Assembly (NCBI GenBank): GCA_016783135.1
Contig: JADHXC010000008.1
Coordinates: 309 to 64,308, forward strand
Origin: Dehalococcoidales bacterium
GTDB taxonomy: Bacteria > Chloroflexota > Dehalococcoidia > Dehalococcoidales > Fen-1064
DNA: 64,000 bases
Direction: 5' to 3'
The notes under the pieces are model-generated. The model did no database searches. It worked only from the letters and a program-made list of their open reading frames with translations, and was not told the DNA's origin. Below are positions 55,199 to 63,555 of the stretch, piece after piece (positions within the stretch are counted from its first letter, which is position 1; every line of letters starts with the position of its first letter). A program made the translations under genes and the position numbers.

Positions 55199-56485
55199 CT
55201 AAAACATGCCCCCCTGCTGCTCCGGCAGGGCTTCGGTACCGATTATGCCGAGCTCTTCGAGCTCGGTAATCTCCTCCTCAGACATGCCGAGTATTCCCCC
55301 AAAAACATAACGGTTGTGCTCACCGAGGCACGGAGCGGGCATCCGTATACTCCCCGGTGTCCTGGAGAACCGGGCGTACATGCCGACATAGGGATGCGTG
55401 CCCGCTTCGGGGTGGGTGACTGTCTCAAAGATGCCCCGTTCGTTTAGATGTGGTTCCTCGGTCAGTTCCCTGGCGTTGAGAACCGGCCCAGCGGGGACGT
55501 CTGCCGGTTGCAGGATGCGCATTACATCGTAATGGTCATGCTGCACAGTCCAGTCCTCAATCAGCCTGTCCAGTTCATCCTGGTGGCGGTACCTGCTCGA
55601 CAGGTCTGAGAACCGGGTATCCCCTGTCCAGGGTGGCTGCTCCAGCGCCTGACAGAACCGCTCCCAGACTGCGTCTGAAGAGACGGCAATCACCACCCAG
55701 CTATCTTCACCCCGGCATCGGTAGCAGCCGTGGGGTGCCATTGAGGGGTGGCGGTTGCCCATCCGTTCACGTACCCGACCGTTCATCGTGTAGTCCATCA
55801 CGGAATCCGCGTTGAACGAGATAAGACCTTCTACCTGTGAGAGGTCAATATGCATTCCCCGGCCGGTTCGCCGGCGGTAGTGCAGGGCCGACAGGACAGC
55901 AAAAGCAGCGTTCATACCGGACAGTGGGTCACCGTAGGACAGCCCGCTCTGCAACATCGGCTCTTCACCGGGATAACCGGTGAGATACGCCATACCGCTC
56001 ATGCAGTCTATCGTCTGCCCGAAGGCAATATGGTCCCTGTCCGGGCCGGTCCTGCCCAGGGCCGGCAATGACATCATGATGAGCCGGGGGTTGATTTCAG
56101 TGAGCACCGGGTAATCAATATCCAGGCTTTCCATGACCCTGGGGCTGTAGTTCTCCAGGACAACGTCACTGATTTCAACCAGCTTCCTGAAGACCTCTTT
56201 GCCCCGCCCGGTACGCAGGTCAAGCGTGATTCCATACTTGTTCCGGTTCTGCAGGTTGAAACCGGCTGAACGATTGTACGGCTTTTCAACGGATGCCAAC
56301 TCCGGCATCCGCTCAATAAGTATTGGTGTAACCCTGGCAGGCCCTCGCCACGGGTCGATGTGCCCCAGCGATTCTATCTTGATTACCTCAGCCCCCATGT
56401 CGGCCAGTAACCGGCTGCCCATGGGTCCGGCAAACCACATGGAGAGGTCAAGTACCCGCAGTCCTTCCAGCGGCAGTCCAGGCAT
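55199..56485 (-). CDS. family III (CaiB/BaiF) CoA-transferase, paralog 2
   Basis: LEGLRVLDLSMWFAGPMGSRLLADMGAEVIKIE, full length 428 aa, GGAGGG SD. Confidence 0.85.
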   Translation of the reverse strand: MPGLPLEGLRVLDLSMWFAGPMGSRLLADMGAEVIKIESLGHIDPWRGPARVTPILIERMPELASVEKPYNRSAGFNLQNRNKYGITLDLRTGRGKEVFRKLVEISDVVLENYSPRVMESLDIDYPVLTEINPRLIMMSLPALGRTGPDRDHIAFGQTIDCMSGMAYLTGYPGEEPMLQSGLSYGDPLSGMNAAFAVLSALHYRRRTGRGMHIDLSQVEGLISFNADSVMDYTMNGRVRERMGNRHPSMAPHGCYRCRGEDSWVVIAVSSDAVWERFCQALEQPPWTGDTRFSDLSSRYRHQDELDRLIEDWTVQHDHYDVMRILQPADVPAGPVLNARELTEEPHLNERGIFETVTHPEAGTHPYVGMYARFSRTPGSIRMPAPCLGEHNRYVFGGILGMSEEEITELEELGIIGTEALPEQQGGMF

Positions 56486-56517
56486 TTTCCCTATCCCTCC
56501 GCGAGGCGCAGAATCGC

Positions 56518-57714
56518 CTAAATAACGCCCGTCTCTCGCAGCTTCACCAGGTCTTTATTATTGTAACCGAGACGACGGCAGTAGATTTCCTCGTTATGCT
56601 CACCCAGCAGCGGTGCCGGCTTTAATTCATAAGGCAAATCACCCAATCCAAACTGGGCACCGGGATACCGGACCTTTCCGGTAAAGGGATGCTCAACATC
56701 TACGAAATAGCCTCTCTCGTTGAGATGCTCAGAGTTGAGTAACCGGTCGGCTGCAGCTGGTATTCCGAAAGGAATCCTCCGTTTCTGCGCTTCGCTCAGC
56801 AACTCCTCCTGGTCGTGCTCGAGTAGCCAGGGAATTAACGTAGCAATAAGCTCGTCCACATTCTCGGTGCGGTGGATTCTGGTAAGGAACCTCTCGTCGC
56901 TGGCTAGCTCCGGTTTCCCCATCCACTCACAAAGGGATTGCCACTGGCTATTCGTAACGGCGATAGCCCCGATATAGCCGTCCCGACAGGGTAGTATCGA
57001 ACCGGGTGGGGGCAGTACCATATTACCGATTCTGCCGGTAATCCTCTCGTGGTAGTGATATATTTGCGTAATATTCATCTGGATGTAGAGCACGGCATCC
57101 ATCAGGGATATATCCACGTGTTGTCCGACTCCGGTCAATTCCCGACCATGAAAAGCGGTCATTGTCCCGACACCTCCGAAGAGACCGCTGACAAACTGCG
57201 CTTGGTTCCCGCCGGGTTTAAGTGGCTCGCGGCCCGGATGGCCGATGATGCTCATCCAGCCTCCCATGGCATCGGCAACAATCTCGGTGGCCTTGTAGTC
57301 CCGATAAGGACCGGTCTGCCCGAAGTTGGAAATGGAGGTCATAACCAGACCGGGGTTTATCCTCTCCAGGCTCTCGTAGTCCAGGCCCAGAGACGGCATC
57401 ACCCTGGGGTTGAAGTTCTCCACGAGGATGTCAGCGTCCGCCACCAGTTCCCTGAATATTTTTATCCCGGTCTCAGATTTCAGGTTCAGAGTGACACCAC
57501 GCTTGTTGGTGTTCAGGTAGAGAAACAGGCCACTCTTTTCCGGATGAGGGTCATCCTTGTAGAAGGGACCAATCCTCCTGGCGCCGTCACCGGTACCGGG
57601 CCTCTCCACCTTGACCACCTCGGCGCCATAGTCGGCGAGCAACTTGGTGCAGTAGGGCCCGGCAATGTAGTGAGTTACATCCAGTACCCTGACGCCGGAC
57701 AGAGCCTGCTCCAC
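56518..57714 (-). CDS. family III (CaiB/BaiF) CoA-transferase, paralog 3
   Basis: VEQALSGVRVLDVTHYIAGPYCTKLLADYGAEVVKVE. GTG 57714 follows GAGAAGGGAGAG. The ORF-track ATG 57810 would lie on top of the predicted promoter. Confidence 0.8.
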   Translation of the reverse strand: MEQALSGVRVLDVTHYIAGPYCTKLLADYGAEVVKVERPGTGDGARRIGPFYKDDPHPEKSGLFLYLNTNKRGVTLNLKSETGIKIFRELVADADILVENFNPRVMPSLGLDYESLERINPGLVMTSISNFGQTGPYRDYKATEIVADAMGGWMSIIGHPGREPLKPGGNQAQFVSGLFGGVGTMTAFHGRELTGVGQHVDISLMDAVLYIQMNITQIYHYHERITGRIGNMVLPPPGSILPCRDGYIGAIAVTNSQWQSLCEWMGKPELASDERFLTRIHRTENVDELIATLIPWLLEHDQEELLSEAQKRRIPFGIPAAADRLLNSEHLNERGYFVDVEHPFTGKVRYPGAQFGLGDLPYELKPAPLLGEHNEEIYCRRLGYNNKDLVKLRETGVI

Positions 57715-57800
57715 AGTCTCTCCCTTCTCCGTTCCGTGGGAATATGTCAGAAACCGTCCCGCACGTGGGGACGGTCTTCCCTGGGGTGGGGTTACCCACG

Positions 57801-57829
57801 AGTATACCAATCGGTACTGGCTAAATCAA
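57801..57829 (-). promoter_or_regulatory. sigma70-type promoter of the CoA-transferase operon
   Basis: Minus strand: TTGATT (57824-57829), 17 nt, TATACT (57801-57806). The -35 lies inside the tandem operator repeat. Confidence 0.5.
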
Positions 57830-57857
57830 ATTATGCGCATAATCAAATTATGCGCAT
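57824..57857. promoter_or_regulatory. tandem 17-bp direct repeat containing palindromes (candidate operator)
   Basis: AATCAAATTATGCGCAT occurs twice back to back (57824-57840, 57841-57857). Each copy has the palindrome ATGCGCAT. The junction forms ATTATGCGCATAAT, a 14-bp perfect palindrome. Confidence 0.55.
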
Positions 57858-57886
57858 TGAAAGGACGTGCGGAGTTCAGGTATAAT
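57857..57886 (+). promoter_or_regulatory. sigma70-type promoter of tRNA-His
   Basis: TTGAAA (57857-57862), 18 nt, TATAAT (57881-57886). Followed by hairpin ATGTCTG-TTT-CAGACAT (57891-57907) and AAAGTATTTTT. Confidence 0.5.
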
Positions 57887-57922
57887 GGCTATGTCTGTTT
57901 CAGACATAAAGTATTTTTCCGT

Positions 57923-57999
57923 GGTGGGTGTCGCCTAGCGGTTAAGGCGCCAGGTTGTGGCCCTGGAGATCGGGGGTTCGAATCCCCTCACTCACCCCA
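57923..57999 (+). tRNA. tRNA-His (anticodon GTG) with encoded G-1 and CCA
   Basis: Hand-folded cloverleaf. G-1 plus acceptor GTGGGTG/CACTCAC. D stem GCCT/AGGC. Anticodon stem CCAGG/CCTGG with loop TTGTGGC. T arm GGGGG-TTCGAAT-CCCCT. Discriminator C, then CCA. Confidence 0.9.
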
Positions 58000-58017
58000 T
58001 ACAAACTGCCGCTATCG

Positions 58018-58036
58018 TGTCCGCCAGGTGCGGACA
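58018..58036 (+). terminator. hairpin plus U-rich tract after tRNA-His
   Basis: TGTCCGC-CAGGT-GCGGACA followed by TTCTACTTTTC. Confidence 0.5.
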
Positions 58037-58219
58037 TTCTACTTTTCAGCCAGTACATTTGCTGCCGTTGACTGACAGGGCAAGGGGAAACCCTTTGTTA
58101 CCCGAAGATATACGCATCCCCGGCAGGACCGGTTGTCCCGATGGGACTTGCCCCACTATCTCATCTCACCTGTCGTTGCTAACCGGTAACCTTCTCGAGA
58201 AGTGCGTCCAGCGCCATGG

Positions 58220-59980
58220 TTACTGCAGAATCAGGTTTAGCGCCCCTCCCACCAGTAATGCGGTGGCAATCATTATTGCCACCGATTTGAGCATATTGAC
58301 AACCCCAAGCTCTCTCAGAATAACTACAAATGTAGCCACGCAGGGGAAGAACATGGCCAGGACAACGCTGCCAATAACCAACTGGTTGGCACTCAATCCC
58401 AGGGGAGCGAGCATGCCCAGTGCTACATCTTTACGCAGGAAACCAATAACCAGGGCTGTCACAGCCTCCTTAGGCAGTCCCAGGAGACCGGTTACCACAG
58501 GTGATGCAAAATCAGCGATAGCATCAAATATCCCCAGGGTATAGAGTATATTTATTACCAGCACAGCACCCAGGATTATGGGGATAGCCTCTTTCAGGAA
58601 ACCATTGACCCTCATCCACAGCTTCTGCAATACGGTCCGCCACGGTGGCATACGATAGGGTGGTATCTCTATCAGCAACTCGGGGCTGAATCCTCTGGCG
58701 AAGCGGTTTATTATTACTCCCAGAATAATCCAGACTACGAACAGTGTCCCAAAGACAATGGCCACATACTGCGCCCCCTGCTCCCCCACCAGGCCGAAAA
58801 TCATTGCCTGCAGGGCAGCACAGGGTATGGCGATAGATATCAATGTTGCCGCAATGAATCTCTCCCTCTTGCTCTCCAGGATGCGGGTGGCCAGAACAGC
58901 CGGTACATTGCAACCCAGACCCAGCATACTCGGAATGATGGCATAGCCGTGCAAGCCCAGACGGTGCATCAGGGTATCCATCAGAACTGCCAGCCGGGGC
59001 AGGTAGCCTGTATCCTCGAACAAGCCCAGCACCAGATAGAAAGACATTATGTAAGGCAACACCATGCCAAAGGGGACAAAGAGTCCGGTGGTTAATAAGC
59101 CAAATGATTCAACAAAGTTGACTTCGCCACCGACAATCTCACCAATCAGGATATCATGGAAAAAGCCGGAACCGCCGAGGAGGTCACTTAACCTCAATAC
59201 CACCGGCGCCCACAGAGTGTCAAACAGGGGCTCAAGCACATAACCGATGAGGTTTTCGCCGATGAAGCGGACTACCAGAAAGGCGACGACAAGAACAACT
59301 AAGGCTATGATGCCACCGGCTAATGGCTGCACGGTGGCATCCCCGAGGCGCTCCCGCCAGGTATGATGTCGATGAGTAATGCGTTGGACCTGGCTGATAA
59401 TACCGCCGATAACAGCCCAGCGCTCATCATAGTTGCGGGCAGGAGTATCAGGTGAAGTTGCTCCGGCAATACTGGTAACGAGTTCCTTTATCCCCTGACC
59501 GGTTATCGCCACAGTGGGAATAACCGGCACCCCCAGTCGTTCCCTCAGTTTGTCCAGGTCAATATGTATTCCTCGATGTCCGGTCTCATCCCAGATATTG
59601 AGCGCCACTATCAGCGGTATGTCCCGTTCCAACAACTGCTGAGTCAGATAGAGATTTCTCTCCAGATTGGTAGCGTCAACCACATTTATGATTAAGTCTC
59701 CGGTGTCGAGCATCTCGGAGGCAATTTCTTCAGCCTCGCTGGTTGGTTCCAGCGTATAGGTACCGGGTACATCAATAACCTCGACCCTGTCTTCCCCCAG
59801 ATTCATGAACCCCTGACTGTAGCCTACCGTGGTGCCAGGATAATTAGAAGCAATTACCCGGATGCCAGTCAGACGGGAGAAAACGACACTCTTGCCCACA
59901 TTGGGGTTGCCCATCAGCAGCACTCTCTTGATGCCAGTGCTCTTACTGCTATTGTTGGTTACCACGCTATGGCCTTTCAT
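58220..59980 (-). CDS. feoB: ferrous iron transporter FeoB
   Basis: 586 aa. N-terminal G domain GNPNVGKS, DVPGTYTL, NIWD. Polytopic C-terminal membrane domain. Confidence 0.9.
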   Translation of the reverse strand: MKGHSVVTNNSSKSTGIKRVLLMGNPNVGKSVVFSRLTGIRVIASNYPGTTVGYSQGFMNLGEDRVEVIDVPGTYTLEPTSEAEEIASEMLDTGDLIINVVDATNLERNLYLTQQLLERDIPLIVALNIWDETGHRGIHIDLDKLRERLGVPVIPTVAITGQGIKELVTSIAGATSPDTPARNYDERWAVIGGIISQVQRITHRHHTWRERLGDATVQPLAGGIIALVVLVVAFLVVRFIGENLIGYVLEPLFDTLWAPVVLRLSDLLGGSGFFHDILIGEIVGGEVNFVESFGLLTTGLFVPFGMVLPYIMSFYLVLGLFEDTGYLPRLAVLMDTLMHRLGLHGYAIIPSMLGLGCNVPAVLATRILESKRERFIAATLISIAIPCAALQAMIFGLVGEQGAQYVAIVFGTLFVVWIILGVIINRFARGFSPELLIEIPPYRMPPWRTVLQKLWMRVNGFLKEAIPIILGAVLVINILYTLGIFDAIADFASPVVTGLLGLPKEAVTALVIGFLRKDVALGMLAPLGLSANQLVIGSVVLAMFFPCVATFVVILRELGVVNMLKSVAIMIATALLVGGALNLILQ

Positions 59981-60299
59981 TCCGGGAGTCTATCGGTTCC
60001 ACCACTATCCTGTTGGCCATGCCGAAGCCGATGGCTACCCGGGTACTACCGAACTGTGCCGTTACCGGTCCCCGCATGAATGAGGAACTAACCTTGGTAA
60101 CTCTCAGTCCAGGTCTGATTCCCAGAGCACCAAGGCGCTTAATCACACCATGTCCGGACAGTATTTGTACCACTATTCCGCTCTGCCCGGTCTGCATTCG
60201 CGCTAGAGTTAGTTGCCCTTCACCCCGCCCAAATCCATGTCTGAACCGACCCTGAAATCCATGTCTGAACCTACCCCTGAATCCGAACATACACCGCAT
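59967..60299 (-). CDS. feoA: FeoA-domain protein with Arg/Gly/Phe/His-rich repeat extension
   Basis: The C-terminal 75 aa are FeoA-like (LARMQTGQSGIVVQI...LGIRPGLRV). The N-terminus is MRCMFGFRGRFRHGFQGRFRHGFGRGEG. Overlaps feoB by 14 nt. Confidence 0.75.
   Translation of the reverse strand: MRCMFGFRGRFRHGFQGRFRHGFGRGEGQLTLARMQTGQSGIVVQILSGHGVIKRLGALGIRPGLRVTKVSSSFMRGPVTAQFGSTRVAIGFGMANRIVVEPIDSRNERP
60231..60271 (-). repeat. 24-nt-period coding direct repeat at the feoA 5' end
   Basis: AAATCCATGTCTGAACC occurs at 60231-60247 and 60255-60271 (plus-strand reading). It encodes the duplicated GRFRHGF unit. Confidence 0.6.
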
Positions 60300-60376
60300 C
60301 CATTTCTCTGGTTACACCCAGTTTTCATATAGTTCCGATCAAACATAAACTGTGTCACAAAGAGCTTGACCGTACG

Positions 60377-60802
60377 CTATTCCCTCTCTTGACGACACTT
60401 CGGGCAATAGCCCGTCATTCTGATTTCGCTACTCGTAATATTAAAATCCCTGGCCTCTCTGACATTCTTCTTTATTAGGCTAGCTGATGGGTACTGAAAT
60501 TCAACAACCCTGCCACACCCCAGACAAACCAGGTGGTGGTGCTGGGTAGACCGCTTCTCATAGTGGTGATGCCCCTCATCAATATGAAGCTCCTCTACTA
60601 GACCCAGTCTCTTGAACGTCTGAAGGGTACGATAAACGGTGGACAGGCTGAGGCGGGGGTTCTTCTCCCGGGCCCGACGATAAATTTCAGCGGCATCCAG
60701 GTGCCCCTGCCCCCGTTGTATCACCTGCAGTACCAGACGCCTCTGGTTGGTAACTCTCAACCCCGGTACGTCTAACGCTCTATGGGTCTTCTTTGTGGGC
60801 AT
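60377..60802 (-). CDS. fur: Fur-family metalloregulator (second paralog), upstream of feoAB
   Basis: 141 aa. SLSTVYRTLQTFKRLGLV, HHHYE, HHHLVCLGCGRVVEF, C-terminal CPKC. Confidence 0.85.
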   Translation of the reverse strand: MPTKKTHRALDVPGLRVTNQRRLVLQVIQRGQGHLDAAEIYRRAREKNPRLSLSTVYRTLQTFKRLGLVEELHIDEGHHHYEKRSTQHHHLVCLGCGRVVEFQYPSASLIKKNVREARDFNITSSEIRMTGYCPKCRQERE

Positions 60803-60816
60803 CTTTCTATATCGCT

Positions 60817-60868
60817 AATGCGTCTCATTCCCAACTACCATTATAAACAACCAGTACAGCTATGTCAA
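60817..60868 (-). promoter_or_regulatory. fur2 promoter with Fur-box-like operator
   Basis: Minus strand: TTGACA (60863-60868), 17 nt, TATAAT (60840-60845), then GG-TAGTTGGGAATGAGACGCATT (60817-60837). 18 of 21 positions are identical to the element at 41328-41348, at the same distance from the -10. Confidence 0.55.
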
Positions 60869-61084
60869 TTCCTGCTGCAAATCGGGTTATGCCACGTCAC
60901 ACGCTTCAGATAACACTGGACACCCACGGATAGCAGATACAGATAGTTGAATCAAGCGCGGGTTCTGAGTTGGATGTTGTCCAGCGCGAGTAGACAGGGT
61001 AATGATAGAACAAGGACCCTCCAAGCCAGCCCGATGAGTTCCCGGTGTACTGACCTGGAAAGTCCGTATTATACTATTGCTCAG

Positions 61085-61534
61085 CTAGTGTTGCCGGTAG
61101 ACCTTCTTCCACGGCTCCTTTTTCATGACGAGGTAGTCCCTTATCGCCTCCTTCAGCGTATTCGAGGCAAGAAGGGCACAGTGCTCGCTGTCCTCAGGTA
61201 ACCCACCCAGAGCATCCAAGATATCCCGCTGGCTAATCCTCTGGGCCTCGCCCGCAGTCCTGCCTTTCGTCATCTCGGTAACCATGCTGCCGGAAGCAAT
61301 GGTTGTGCTACAGCCATCGGTCACGAAACTGGCATCACAGATTATGTTATCCTTTACCCTGAGCCACATTTCTATGGTATCGCCACAGGGGCCGGTCACT
61401 TTCGCATAACCGTCGGCGTCACCAGGATTACCGGTATTTCTCGGGTTCATGCTGTGGTCGATAACTGTCTCGGAGTAAATCTTCCTCATCTCCTGCTTGA
61501 GCAGTTCTTCGAGCTTCTCCCGTGATACCGCCAC
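61085..61534 (-). CDS. IscU/NifU-N-type Fe-S cluster scaffold protein
   Basis: 149 aa with a GTG start after AGGAGG. GPCGDTIEMWL, FVTDGCSTTIASGS and SEHCALLASNTL, the three scaffold Cys. Confidence 0.8.
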   Translation of the reverse strand: MAVSREKLEELLKQEMRKIYSETVIDHSMNPRNTGNPGDADGYAKVTGPCGDTIEMWLRVKDNIICDASFVTDGCSTTIASGSMVTEMTKGRTAGEAQRISQRDILDALGGLPEDSEHCALLASNTLKEAIRDYLVMKKEPWKKVYRQH

Positions 61535-61550
61535 AGCACAACCTCCTGAC

Positions 61551-62555
61551 TTATTCTTTATCGCCTGTTGTCGCCTCGGAAAGAGACTTACCCAGGCTAT
61601 CTATTATCTCGGCGTTATATCGCTCAATATTCCCCTCGTCACATAGCTTTGCCAGCTCCGGGTCTATGGGCAACTGTCCCAGGAACGGTGCATTGGCTGC
61701 CCGGGCCATCTCCTCTCCCTGGCTGCTACCGAACAGCTCAATCTTCTTATCTATCTCAGGGACATATAGATAGGCCATGTTCTCGACTACTCCCAGGATT
61801 GGCTTCTCCATTTTCTGCGCCATGTTCACGGCTTTTCTGACGACCATTGCGGTCAGGTCTTGAGGCGTGAAAACAATAACTACGCCGGAAATGGGTAGTG
61901 TCTGCAGCACGGTAAGAGGAGCGTCAGCCGTTCCCGGTGGAAGGTCGATAATCAGGTAATCAAGCTTGCCCCAGAGCACCTCTTCCCAGAACTGGGTAAT
62001 CGCTTTGCCGATGAGTGGACCACGCCAGATAACAGCGTCGTCCTCGCTGGGCAGAAGAAGGTTGATGGACATGACTTCAATCTCTGATTTTGACAGGACC
62101 GGTAACATGCCACTTTCGTTCCCGCCAGGCCGGGTATTGATGCCGAACATCCTGGGTATACTGGGGCCGGTGATATCAGCATCCAGGATACCTACTTCAT
62201 AACCCAGTCGTTTCAGTGCGACGGCAGTAAGGCTGGCTATCAACGACTTACCTACACCACCCTTCCCGCTCATTATCGCAATAACATGACCAATCTCATT
62301 TAACTCAGCCGGCGTGGCCTCAACAAATTCTACTTCTACTTCACCAGCTTCGGGCAGCTTCTTCACGACTTCCACAACCTGGTCCGTAACCCAGTCCTGA
62401 GCGCCCGTAATTAGCCCCGTCGAAGCCAGAACAACCCTGACTTTACCATCAGTGATAGCTACCTCACGCACCAGATTCAGCCTGATAATACTGCGTTTGA
62501 TAGCGGGTACAAGCACTCCCTCCAGGCTGTCTCTTACTTGCTCCTCAGTTACCAT
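61551..62555 (-). CDS. Mrp/NBP35/ApbC-family Fe-S cluster carrier ATPase
   Basis: 334 aa. N-terminal DUF59-like region, P-loop SGKGGVGKS, DLPPGT. Confidence 0.85.
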   Translation of the reverse strand: MVTEEQVRDSLEGVLVPAIKRSIIRLNLVREVAITDGKVRVVLASTGLITGAQDWVTDQVVEVVKKLPEAGEVEVEFVEATPAELNEIGHVIAIMSGKGGVGKSLIASLTAVALKRLGYEVGILDADITGPSIPRMFGINTRPGGNESGMLPVLSKSEIEVMSINLLLPSEDDAVIWRGPLIGKAITQFWEEVLWGKLDYLIIDLPPGTADAPLTVLQTLPISGVVIVFTPQDLTAMVVRKAVNMAQKMEKPILGVVENMAYLYVPEIDKKIELFGSSQGEEMARAANAPFLGQLPIDPELAKLCDEGNIERYNAEIIDSLGKSLSEATTGDKE

Positions 62556-62584
62556 CTATACTCCTCTATTCCCATTTTCATCCT

Positions 62585-62923
62585 TTAGTGGTCACATATG
62601 TTATCTTCGGTAGCCAATTCGTCATTCAGGTAGCTCAGCACCGCCTTCTCCGGGTCACCTTCCTGGGCACCGATAACGACCTGGATGCGGTTCTGCTGGA
62701 AAAGGCCCTGGGCACGTGAGCCCATACCACCGGCAATTACTACCGAGACCCCCTGGTCGGCCAGCCACTGCGGAAGTAGACCCGGCTGATGGCCCGGTGA
62801 CGGCATAAGTTCCTTCTTGAGTATCTCCTTTTTTTCTACGTCGACATCGAGCAGGGCAAAATGCTCACAGTGACCGAAGTGTGGTGATAACATACCATTG
62901 TTTACCGGTACTGCGTACCTCAT
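62585..62923 (-). CDS. NifX/NifB-C-terminal-like (dinitrogenase FeMo-cofactor-binding fold) protein
   Basis: 112 aa from the ATG after GGAGG. SPHFGHCEHFALLDV and VVIAGGMGSRAQ blocks. Confidence 0.7.
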   Translation of the reverse strand: MRYAVPVNNGMLSPHFGHCEHFALLDVDVEKKEILKKELMPSPGHQPGLLPQWLADQGVSVVIAGGMGSRAQGLFQQNRIQVVIGAQEGDPEKAVLSYLNDELATEDNICDH

Positions 62924-63051
62924 AGGCACCTCCAAATTCCTCTAACCAATTATTAACTCGTGTTCCGGTTTTCCGGTTCTGCCTGTATTTTCACTGCCAC
63001 CTGTTTCCCCTCGCGGGATTCCGGGGGTCAAGATTAAGCAGGGCCATTCCT

Positions 63052-63287
63052 TCAATCTCTGCGGCACACATCTCCGGTGGAGCAAGGAGACGCCTCACAG
63101 CGCGCGCTCCGTCCGCAGCAGGTGGTACCCGGGCCTGACACATCCGTCTTTATCATATATGATGCCGAGATAAGCCGTTCCACGTTGGCACTGCCACATT
63201 CAGGGCAGTGAGCTACCTGCCGAAAGTACGAAGCAGTACCTCCGACACTCTACCACAATCCCGGCATTCAAAGTCATAGAGCGGCAC
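63052..63287 (-). pseudogene. FmdB-family (CxxC_CxxC_SSSS) zinc-ribbon gene interrupted by a -1 frameshift
   Basis: GTG 63287 after AGGAGG gives VPLYDFECRDCGRVSEVLLRTFGR-stop. The -1 frame continues VAHCPECGSANVERLISASYMIKTDVSGPGTTCCGRSARCEASPCSTGDVCRRD, ending at 63052. Confidence 0.5.
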
Positions 63288-63353
63288 GACTTTATTCCTC
63301 CTTTCAGACTTCCCTTATCCCGGGTGAGACGACCTGCCTCACTGGCTTATGCT

Positions 63354-63539
63354 TCAGGTGGAACCGCCTGGAGCACAGTCACCCACCGAAGAACCCGTGG
63401 TGGCAAATACCGAGAAGACACGCTGTGAGTGCTCGGCCCCACACCTGGGACACTGTGTATCCCTGTCACTGTCGGCCATGCTCCGGCGGAGCTCGAACTT
63501 CTGGCCGCACTTCATGCATTCATACTCGTAGATCGGCAT
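63354..63539 (-). CDS. FmdB-family zinc-ribbon protein
   Basis: 61 aa. MPIYEYECMKCGQKFEL...QCPRCGAEHSQRVFS, Ser/Gly tail. Confidence 0.75.
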   Translation of the reverse strand: MPIYEYECMKCGQKFELRRSMADSDRDTQCPRCGAEHSQRVFSVFATTGSSVGDCAPGGST

Positions 63540-63555
63540 GGCACATCATCTCCTT

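Noticed and set aside
57923-57999. Considered whether the only tRNA in the window could be tRNA-Sec, given the Sec candidate at 46 kb.
   Set aside because: The anticodon loop TTGTGGC gives GTG (His). The 7-bp acceptor plus G-1/C73 pair is the tRNA-His signature. The variable arm is short (5 nt), unlike tRNA-Sec.
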